A program made the position numbers and the translations under genes. The notes beneath the pieces were generated by a model. That model was not told where the DNA came from, did not search any database, and saw nothing but the letters and a program-made list of their open reading frames with translations. Positions 29,701-41,700 of a stretch of DNA of 64,000 nt are shown here, one piece after another. Position 1 is the stretch's first letter; each line of letters opens with the position of its first letter. Source of the stretch: Callorhinchus milii (lineage: Eukaryota); contig NW_024704742.1 in NCBI RefSeq assembly GCF_018977255.1, forward strand, positions 118,606,001 to 118,670,000. The letters are read 5' to 3'.

Positions 29701-32700
29701 GTATTGGCAGTGGCCTGTAAGCAGATGGTGAATGTACACATTCTCTCAGCTGCTGAAGTCAAGCACTCTATAATGAGGAACAATACAAAATGTGAAACTT
29801 ATATAAAGAGCCACATAATATTGAAAGTCAGCATCTAGGATTGAGGTGGCTTGATTACGGCACATCTTATTTGCACTGAATTCTAAATATATTTGGATCC
29901 TGGACAAAAGAGTGGTTTCAGAAACATTCAGACATTTTAAATCAGGGATGGTATAGTGGATAGAGCTGGAGTGTATTGACCAGGAGCTTGCTGGTTCGGA
30001 TCCCATGTTTTGTTTGCTGGTTTTAGTTGCAACTGCATGGAAGGCTAAATTAAGTCTCTGCCTTCTCAGGATTAGGGAAGGGGAAAAAAAAAGCTAGGGT
30101 TCCTGTTCCTCAACAGCACCCTCAGCTAGTGCACACAGTACAGCCAAATAGGGAGAGGTCAATCTCAGCTATCATGGATTCAACAGTAAAGTGGCCTACT
30201 GATACTTACTGTTAAGTCTTATATGAACAATATCCCTTGGACAAGGTACCAGAAGGCAACCAGTGCCTTTGGAACTGCAAAACAGCATGAGGCCACACTA
30301 GAGGCAAAGATGCACGTCAATGGCAGAAAAAAATTATAAACTAAGTTTTTTGGAAAAAAAGTTTTTATCAAATCTGCCTAGAAGTGCATAAATTAAATAA
30401 ATCTATTGATTAAAAAAAGTAAAAGATGAATTTTCACCAGATAGTTAATATTAAACTAAATGTATTTACTTAAAATGATGCAGCATGGAACAAGGCCATT
30501 TGGCCTGACTAATCCGTGCTGGTGTTTAAAACACCAGTCAGGATGTTCAAATCTACAGTTTGTTAATGGGGAAAATATTAACATAAACCCAAAGAGAAAT
30601 GTACCCCCAGGATTCCATAATTTCAATATTGTAGACAGTCAGATTTGAACATTTTCCAAACACCCACCACAATTTTTTACGAGAGAAATGCAAAAATAAA
30701 GCAGCCATGATCATAGAATCAAAAGCAATTAAGGTTTCCTAAGCTACTTCAAAACATGTTCTGCATTTCCCAAGCTTCACATTTGTGCAGAATATTAACT
30801 ATTGTAATGGTATACCTTAAAGCCTTTCTAGCCATGTTTCCATTGGTGTGTCCCTTATTTACGGATTATCCTAAGAAAGTTGACTCTATTTTACAGAGCC
30901 TGTGCAGAACTATGACATCTTATTCGACCTTTTTCTACAGCAGATCAAACTCGAAATTCATGGAAATCCCTTCATGGCTTCATGCCACCAAAGCTCCGTG
31001 ACCTCCTCTGACCGTGCTGCTCCTTCCGCTCAGCAAACACTGTCCTGCTTCATGACCTGCCTTAAGACAGCTGTGTGAAAGCTCTTTAAGACACGAAGGG
31101 CATTATACAAATGTAAATTGTTGTTTGAACTCTCTCGAATTTGCAGAAACCCAGAAAGTATCAGGCCGGTGGAGACTAGTTGGATGATGGAATTCTTTGT
31201 TGAAAAAAAATTGGTACAAAATTCAAGATTATTAAGAGGAAATTGGGAAGATATTCAAAAAAGAGGAATGAAGATCTCACTGGTGAGTGAAAATAGTGAC
31301 TTGTGCAGAAAAGCACCTGACTTGATTGGCTGGTTTCTATGTTGGAATATTTAATAATCCTTGCATTTGATATTGTGTCTTATGTCTTTGAGATGTTTCA
31401 AAGTACTTCACAGAATATACTGTAAAGTGAATGGACTGTATATTTTGTAGGTGAAACAGAGCAGCCAATTGCACACAGCAGTGTCCTACAAGCAGTCGTG
31501 GATTGAGTGACCAAATTATTATTATTATTGAGTAACCAAATTATTATTGTGACCAAATTATTATTGAGACCAAATTATATTTTATGAAAACCCATAATTT
31601 TTGTAACTTTAATTCCATGTGCACTATGTCATATTGGTACCATAAGCTTCTTGAATCATGACACCATTTTGCCTGGGAAGCTTAAGAGCCTTAATCTTGT
31701 GAGCTGAGCAGGATTCTATTTGAGGGCTCCCAAGTGTAGATTGACCTTTAATTTCCCAGATTAACCTGCTGCTATAGGTGGCCAGTCCCAATCATGAGCA
31801 AAGCTGTTATTTCTTCATTGTCTGGAATGGAGCCACCTCTGCATTTAGCATTGGTGCAGATTATATGTGCGCTCAAGGAAGAGAGCCTAACTTGTAGCTA
31901 ATACTGGAGCTATTGACAAAACCATAAATGGTTTGAAATGCTGCAGAACAACACACTAGACAACAGACGTTTAGAAGCACATATTCTTTTTCCCCTTCTT
32001 CTGAATGGACCATTTTATTATTCCAGTGTTGTAATCGTTATCCCATTGTAATAGAAGTAATGTAGTGACTATTTAAAAAAAAGTTGCGGTCGAATCTTTT
32101 AATTTTACAAAGGGAAATTTTAACTAAACCAAACTATCGTCTGGAAACAAAATACAATTGGTTTATGAAGATTGGTCTGTGTAAAAAAAACATTGTTTAT
32201 TAGTTCCTTCTGGAAAGTGATGTGGATGGTATAGATGTAATGTAATTGCTTTGCAATTAATCTCATATTTTAGACGTTAAATATGATCCGACAAATCCAA
32301 ATAAATCCTGTTTAAAATGTTACCCTGTGTGTGGTTGAAATTCACTAAAATCCCAGTTAGCTGGACTAATAAGGAGGGGGAGAGAGAGAAAGAATCCAGT
32401 CCAGCGAGGTAGATTTCTGGTTAAATCTAATTACAAGAGATTAGCAATTTACTGGAATTTCTCGGCACCAGATTANTCAGTGCCAAAAAATGCCAGTACT
32501 GGCATTGCAATTGTTTGAATCGCTGAATAAGCTATCTTCTGTTCACGGAATTCAAATTGAGTCAAAGTCTATCCACTGAAGGGCATCAAGGAGATGCGGG
32601 GGGTGGGGGGGGAGGAAGTTGGGGTGAGAAGGAGAAAGAGGTTGAACAAGATGTCAAGGTTCTGCACAGGTTCCGTAAAGTAGAGCAAACTTTCTTACGG

Positions 32701-35700
32701 TAATCAGCTGCATGATGGGCACACCAATGAAAACATGGTTAGAAAAGCTTTAAGGACAATTATTGTATACAACTACAAAGGTTAATTGTGTCCTTTATGC
32801 ATTATTTTGCTACATATCTCACTAATAAAATCTATGGATTATGTCCAGATTGTTCATTATTTAACAAGGACTATTAATACATTTTGTTAAAAGTAGCTAC
32901 CTTAGAATATTTAAGCTAATGTTGTAATTTTCCCATCTTCACTTAGTTAAATTCTTCACCTACCATATGATGACACAAATCATTCATTATTTTTATGCTC
33001 AAATAAATGAATGATTAAAGCCACTGAACAGAAAAAAACTGCAGCATGAATTCCACAATAAAGCAATAGCAAACATGATTAACAACAAGCATCAAGGATC
33101 CATAGTGATTTAGACTTACCACAGTCAACCTAAGGAATACTATAATATGACTATGAATAAAATACCCAGAGATCAACAAAACTTCAATTGCATGTCCTTA
33201 CCTATGAGTAAATGGGAGTGAACTCTGGTTAATTTCGGCTCGTGCATCAGAGTCCTGAGCCACATCTTGAAGGGATCTTTCATCATCCGTACCATTAATA
33301 CTCTCAGGTGTCAGAGGTGATTGCAGATCACCTCCTCCAGACTCCTGCAATGGACAAATAGATAGGCAATTCAAAACATCATTTCAAAATACAGGTGGGA
33401 ATAGTATGATGCAATGTTCTAGGTCATCAGGTCACTGTTGACATCACTTCCTGCATGTTGTACATTGTGTGCAAGCAGCATTGCTGACATGACTGACGCT
33501 TCCCGTGTGTAGCACGCTGGGCACAATGTGCAGCAAGCAATGGCAGTGGCTACCCAGAAGTTGGCCATTCAGTAGCACCGAAAAGCAGCTAGTCAGCACA
33601 GGAAGCTGGGTTGTACTATGTTTTTGGTTGGTGAAGGTCCACAGGACCACTGCAATAAGCAAGGAACACTATAACATAACATGTAGGAGCAGGAGTAGGC
33701 CATTCGGCCCTTCGAGCCTGCCCCACCATTCAATCATGGCTGATCTTAATCTAACTCCAGCTAATAACCTGACCCTGCCTTATCCCCATATCCCTTAATC
33801 CCTTTTGCAATAAGAAATCTATCTATCTCAGTCTTGAATATGTTCAAGGACTGAACGTCAACAGCCCTTTGCGGTAGTGAGTTCCATACATTCACCACCC
33901 TTTGAGTGAAGAAGTTCTTCCTCAACTCAGTGCGAAAGGGCTGGCCTCTGATTTTAAGGTTGTGACCCCTGGTTTTAGTTTCTCCAACCAGGGGAAACAA
34001 TCTCTCACTATCTACTCTATCATGCCCTCTGATGATCTTATAGGTTTCTATAAGATCCCCTCTAATTCTTCTATATTCTAGAGAACATAAACCCAAATTG
34101 GTCAGCCTATCCTCGTAACTCATCCCCTTCATCCTTGGTACTAACCTAGTAAATCTACGCTGCAACCCCTCCAAGGCAAGTACATCCTTCCTTAAATAAG
34201 GAGACCAAAACTGCACACAGTATTGGTCTCACCAGGGCACTACACAGTTGCAGCAAGACTTCCCTACTCTTATACTCTAATCCTTTCATAATGAATGCTA
34301 ACATACCGTTCGCCTTCCTAATTGCTGCTGCCCCTGCAGACTAACTTTCTGTGATTGGTGTACAAGGACACCCAAGTCCCTCTGGACGCTAACACATTCC
34401 AATCTCTCCCCTTCTAAAAAAATAACCTGCTCTACTGTTTTTGCTACCTAGGTGGATGACTTCGCACTTCGCTACATTATACTTCATCTGCCACCTACCT
34501 GCCCAATCACCTAATCTATCTATGTCTCGCTGCATTTTTTTAATGTCATCCTCTGTGTTGACACTTCCTCCTAGTTTTGTGTCATCCACAAATTTAGATA
34601 TATTAACTTTGATGTCCTCATCTAGATCATCCTCATCTATATACCTTAATATTTTCAATAAAGTCCTACTCTACAAGGATGGCCTTTGAGATAATGAGGT
34701 AACATTGATCTTTTATGTCAACTGTATCTGGAATCCAAGTCTGGATTGTGAAGTGGTTTCACCAATCATTATCTAACCTCTTCCGTTGCCATTACAGGAC
34801 AGCAGTGTGGAATATTGCCAATTCCCAACAGCCAGGATCACAATTTGGACCACTTGTGCACCTGTAGCCAGCTGGTTACAGAGGGCAGAGGCAAGGAAGC
34901 AGATCTCGGTCTTCAACGGGACAATGAACAGATGAAAAAAAGCTGTCCCACAAATTTACATGATAGAAGTCCAACTATAAGTTAATACCCTCAGAAATTT
35001 ACAATACTGACATTCAAACTCTGGTATTTGAATAGGGCAAATTATGCATAGGAAGTCTATGTTAGCCAATTATGCTTTATTTATACTCACTGGGACAAAA
35101 TACGCAATGCTACCAAATTCCTCAGGAATGAAATAAATTCTCAGCCAAGGTCTGAACATGAAGATATAAAAATATGCTCAACACACAAATACCAAAGTAT
35201 CCCAATAATCAACTTATGATATTTTCACTCTGTGCCTTTCTCCTCATCAATCACATGCATTTTTGTGTAGTTCATATGCATGTAGGAGATCCTCCCAAAC
35301 TGTTCAGAGTTTAATCTCTGGGAAAATACTGAATGCACGAGAGCAATTAGTGAGATGTATATGATGGATAGTTGAGTTATTCTGTGGCTTTAGAGTAAAT
35401 TGGTTTTGTAACAACAGATTTGTTTTAACAACAGCAGATGTCAGGCTGCCCAGAATCAATCCCACAGCCCAGGCCGCCCCAGAATCATACATAATTGAGC
35501 AATATTCACACTGCACGATTGACATGTGTGATTATTATAAATTTGCATTTTATTTCTGGGAATACTTTGGCCATTGTGCTGTTTGTTTTTAAAAATTCAA
35601 ATAATGAATGTCCAGGGAATAAGTTATACAATTTGTACACTGAATGTCAGAGCTTTCAAGCATTGTGGATTAGTTTCCAGGTTATTAATTGCCAGGTTGC

Positions 35701-38700
35701 TAGGCTGGACTCAAAACATAAGGATTTTGTTCAATTGTTAAAACTATATACAGAATGAATCAACATGCTTTTCTTTCCATCACACATGGTTAGTCAGAAG
35801 CACATGTAGGCCAGATGAGGCTCTTTAAGACCCAGCTTTTTGACCTACTGGGAGTCTGACAAAAAGCTCTCAAGAGTTTGACAAAATCGCTCTGCATGGA
35901 TTGCCTTTACAATCCCTCTCAACAGTATGCCTTAGATTAAGACATTTAAGAAAATAGACAAAACTAAATCTTCCTGCTCTATAACTAGAATTAATCTTGA
36001 ACATTAAACATTAACAGCACTAATTCCAGAATTTAAATCTATACCATGTAATAATCCCATTTGTCTGCTATCATAGTGTTTTACTGATATTTACCTGGGA
36101 AGGTGTACTGGTTAATTCCATTTTTTCCTGCATTTTTTCTTTTGCTATCCTTGCAGCATCTTTAAATTCTTGGAACTTTTCAGCAAACTATTGAGAAACA
36201 CACTACAGTGAATGTTTGCATTTCAAAATAATTGTAGCTTAAAGACAAAAAACATACAACTCCCACCTTAAACTACTCAAGAGTTTATTCACAAGACACA
36301 CATTCCTCACTCCAAAATACAAGGTGCTTTGGAGTTTCACATACTGATAATGCTCTAACTGATATTCAACCGTTATGTACCTGAGACCTGAATGCAAGCA
36401 TCAGTCATAAACACGATCTAGTAGCCCCTAAAGCAAAACCATTATGTAAGTTAAGATGTCAATGGTTTAGTGCCCTACTTCTCCACCATCTATCAGAAAA
36501 AGAAAGCTTACTCCTTAGCTTTTGCTAACCCCACTTTGATCAGTTACTTGTTGACACTGTTGGGATCAGAATTTAATTATTCTTTTTAGATAAATTAGAT
36601 AGAATAGGGATTATTGTATTAGATAAATTAGGTATGCTTCTTTTGGTCAGAAGTGAATTACTGTGTTAGGTGTGTTTATGTCAAACTGATTTATAGAAGT
36701 ACAATCTTGATTGTGAATGTTTTAATATTGATTGTTAGCCATGTCAAGATGATTTGCAGAAAATATGGTTAATTGCATTGAGCTGAGTTGCAGAATATCC
36801 ACCTAAGCGTGGCAAGTGTTACAGTGTGGCTGTAATCACTTGATGTCTGTATGTTATGCCTTGAAGAGTCAAATTGGTTAAGAAAGAAATTAACTGGTTA
36901 TCACAGCTGTAGTTTGTCTTGTTAACTGTTGCTGTAAGGTCCTGCATAAGAGCCAGCCTAAGGATGCCTAGGGCTGGCCCCAGCCTGATTAAACGATTAT
37001 CAGATGGGTGTAGAAGTGTGGACCTGCACGGATCATGATGTTAAAACAGGAACCATGATAAAAAGGAGGATTTTAGTTGCATTCTCATTAGATATCATTT
37101 GGTCCTATTAAGTATGAATGGGGTTTGAAGACATCAGAAATGCACACTGGAGATAAACAAGTTAGCTCACTCAGATAAAATAGACCTCCTGTACATGATG
37201 CATTTACCATAGAAAATTGCATTGAGTCACTCGCTGGGGGATAATAGGTACAATTTTAAACAGTTCAAGTAATGGATGAACTTGATTTTAAAATTCTTAG
37301 CATTTCTCCTGAAGTACAATATGTAACACAGGTACTGCAACACCAAACAGGTTGCACTCACTCACTTTAGTTAGGTGATGTTCAGAAGAAAACCCCAAGC
37401 CATAGACTGTATTTGCACGGCTGTCTGGCCATTGCCCAAACTTCTGTGATGTTTTTGTGAACGTCATGTTTGGAGTAATTGTGCTGTTGATTATTGCCTG
37501 AAAACAAAACACCATCATGAATATCTGAAACATTTCTTTGACAGATTTCTGGTAGTTTAATTTAACTTAAATACATTAAAACCTCATTTCCAAATTTACT
37601 TCACATTAGGATTCTTTTCACTCAAGTTGAATATTTCTGCTGAAGTGGTAATTTCTGGGGCTGGCAAACTGAATCATACACAACCTTTGGCACCCAGTGC
37701 CAATAGCAGACACTACCAGGTTAGATGCAGCACACATTAAAATCGAAAAAGTTCTCTTCTCAAAAGATCAAACGTTGCTAACTGGCAAGACCTCAGATCC
37801 AACTGAGATTGCTTTGAAGTTGAGGTCTCATAACATACATTGTACACAAGGCAACAGAAATGCTACAACTGTTAAAAGTACCACTTTTCCAAACTCAATT
37901 GGGATGAAATTCTGGTCAGATGTACACATAGTAGTATTAATGCTGTCAGCCACGAGAGTTATTTCACCATTAAAATCATGTATTGCCAAAAGTGCTGGAT
38001 GCAATGCTGACTGAAATTTAATGTCCAAATGTCTCTTAACACAACTTAATTCCAATCTCATAACTGTAGATCTTCAACAGCGATGTAAATCATCATTTCC
38101 TATCCAAGTCTCCTTTTGGCTTTCAATATACTCAGGTTCTACTTCTGGCATACTCATGGATGTGCTGCATTTGACTATTATTATGCATTCACACAGGAAA
38201 CACATAGCAAACCAGTGCAATGAAACACCAATATGGCAGATAATTACTGTTATAATGAAACTATTTTGGGGAAATGGCATCCATCATTTAGTATAAGAAG
38301 AGCAGTGAAGTATAGCTAATCCCATCTAACTATAGCATCTTGGGGCATCCTCCCGAGGTGAAAGGCGCTATCCAATTGTAATTTTGTATTGTATCTAAAT
38401 CTTCAATTTGTGCACTAAATGATTAAAGCTTCAATTTGACAGTTTGGCAACACTTTAAACAAAATGTTCTATTGCATTATATAAGATGGTAATACAATGG
38501 TCTAGAATTCTCAACATTCACCTCAGCTGTAAAGAGACCTCCTTTACCCCTTTCATCCTTGGACTTAGATGGCAAAATATGAGTGGACCTGGTTACAACA
38601 CAATTAGCAAATATGAGATAAGGGGCACATATTGATGCAGTGGCCACTTTGGTGAAGGGGGAAAAAGGGAAAGAACAGGAACCCGAGGAACAAACACCAA

Positions 38701-41700
38701 TAAAAATTGCAATATTTAAATAGTTATTCCAAACATTTGAGATTTGAATTATAGGTTCAACTTGTTAGGAGCCTGAAATATTTAATAGATTTATTTAAAA
38801 ACACTGAATTATCAAGAATCTGATCATTTCAGGAAGATTTGACTATTACTGGAATTCCTTGCAGCTTTCTTCAGTGAATCAGTATCACTCAACTGATTGA
38901 TCTAAAACTCAGGCAAAGAACCAAATCTCACTCTAAAAATTGTATACAAACAGGGACTTAACAGAAATTAAAATTCAGACATTTTAAATTGCTAACACTA
39001 GTCTAAAGTATCTATTTTATATAACACCAACATTACATTTGTATAGCGCCTTATATGGCAAGACATAAATTAATTTGTTAAAATGCCTTTGGTGACTGTC
39101 ATTGTAAGTGCATGTTATGCAAATTGTGTAAAAAAAAACATGTTGAGTTGCATAAAATCCTGTAAGATTGGAAATTGTTGCGAGATTCACATTAATATAA
39201 AACATACAATACCGCCTAGTAGGATAAAACACTCATGGTAGGCAATTGCAACGCCCCATGCGGGTGAAAGAAAAAGCTGGCCTTAAAATTTAAAATCTCT
39301 CTTCCATATGCCCCATCTGAATACTCTACAATATCTGTACTGCAATGTAATAAAGTGTTCCATGTTAATCCATCTTCAATCCATATAAAGATATTAAAAC
39401 AGTCTATGGAGATCAACGTTTAAATGCAATAGGGATCAGTCAACAATTCCTTTCCGCAGACCCAATGACCATTACTACTCCTTTCCCTCCTTTGTTCTCT
39501 CCCCTTACCAAACCACAAGATCAATTTGTATGAAGAAGGTCCTTTATCCCATCTAATCTCATCCCTTGAGAACTACCCACCTACATCCTCCCCTCACAGT
39601 ATGGAACCATCTCTTGAATGAGTCCAGTGTTGGCCTCAACAACAAATTAAAATCGCACATTTCACGTTGGGAGGACAACCACCCATCCTGGCAACCTGTC
39701 CCAGTCATTAATTACCCTCTGGTTAAAGAAAAATTCCTGGTATGGTCCTGAAATTGTCCTTTGCAACTATAAACCTAAATCCTCTTATTCTACCATCTTA
39801 GTGCATCCTACAGTATTTTTCTGGGCGTTTTAAAAATCAATCCAATTTAAGTAATCCAGCCCCTCATTATCAGCTGTGTACAGCACACTATTACCTCATC
39901 ACCCATCCTTGGAGTAAGAACATGTGGTTTCACACAAGTTTTCCAGGTCTCCATGTTCAGTTTGCTTCGGGATCTTTCAGTAACAGCTGTTTAAAAGCAA
40001 GCAGATATCCTTCTTTCTGCTGAGTTTCAAACAGGTGGCCAGCATCTTACACTGCTGTTTAGTAAGAGAATTTTAATTTCATCCTCTTTGCAATTGAACT
40101 TGCCCTGAATGATTGTACTCCAACATGAATGTATCCAATGGGTCATCACAAGGCCACAAAAAGTGTTCTCGTTTCCAACAAACATCACATAAAATAATGT
40201 AACCGTTACTGTGGTCACTAATAGCGGAGAATGCCGAATTACTCAAGTTAAATTCTAATCTCATTCCAGGTTTAGCCAGTCTGATCCAGTCACCGGTTTA
40301 CTGGGGTCAGGCCTATAGAATACAAAATATTAACCTTTGAAGTGGCAATCCGTTTAATATGATCAATTGGTCTGAAGTGAAAATACTATGATATTTCATG
40401 GCTCTAAATCTTTTCCAATTATAGGAATTCAGTTGACAATATAGATATAGCAAAATGTCATTTACATGCACGACCAATTTTCCATATAGGCCTGTGAGAT
40501 ACTGGCAAAAATGTAGTTTGTGTGTGAACGTACATTGAGGTTTTTAAAAAAGAACTATTCTGAGATTGGTATGACATAATAACACCCCATATACAATTTC
40601 ACACAAAAGTATTTTTTCATGCTAGTAGCAAAGACAAGTCTTTATATTTTGCTGTATATAGTTTGATGTGAAAAACAGACCCACCGAGAGAAAAAAAGCA
40701 AAGCTAGAGAGAGAAAGAAAAAAAATCAAAGCAGGAGAGAGAAAGAAGGGTTGGCAGGTCTGGTACTATTGTGATAAGTATAATTTCTGATGGAACAATG
40801 TTTTAGTTGGCACCATAGCTAATTTGTATTTAGGGTTACTATCTGTACAATTTATTCATCGGCAAAGGGATCAGTCCCAATTAGTGAAGATAAATTGGCT
40901 CTACTATATGTAGCAACAGATTGGTTTCCACCATCATACCACAACCACCCGCTCCAAAAGAGCGATGGAAAGGACCACCAATTTTCAGCAAACAGACAAA
41001 GGTTATGTAATGTCATTGATCTCAGACTTTGTAAAGCACGTGTTCATTTAGAATATCTTAACATTTAAAATAATTAACTTATCCATTTGAAAAAGTGCTG
41101 CTCTCATCTCTCGACTGAAGAAGACTGATCACAGGTCTATTGGTATGCCTGAAATTCTCAATCAGAGACTAATGTATAGAAACTCACAAGTCTGCATACC
41201 TCTCTTTATAGAACCATTACTAGATTGACATTTCAGTCAGTTTTCAACACTCATAAGACGCTTCAAATTTCAAATCATGTTCAATGTCTTGTGAAACAAA
41301 CTATAAACCAGGGTGTATGTAGATCCACTATTCTACATGAGCAAAGACAATCCTATGCACCTTTCTGTCACACACTTGTATCACTCAAGTGAAAAAATAC
41401 AGTTTATATGGGAATTTAACTCACACCAGTTCAATTTAATCCTTCAATGAGACATATGTGTATGCTGATCAGATTAGTTGGGTGCTAAGTGACTAAGGGC
41501 AGACTGCCAATTGCCATTGTTCTGAACAGTTTCTAAACACTTAGCATAGTACATGAATTGGATTCTAAAGTCTTCTAAAATGTGTTCAACTGAACCAGCT
41601 GAGAACAAAGAGGGATGCAGACACCGTATGTCAGGCACAATATCATTATTTTCTTATAATAAAACATCAAATACAGTGTGATCTTCACCGCTCAAACACA

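Noticed and set aside
31505-31578. CRISPR-like short repeat array
   Set aside because: No unique spacers, eukaryotic context, and derived by slippage from SINE-internal sequence
28478-33201. Rodent-type Homer1c 12-aa exon (AGDRTQGLSHAS) and mammalian Homer1a tail
   Set aside because: Neither sequence was found in intron 5 by eye
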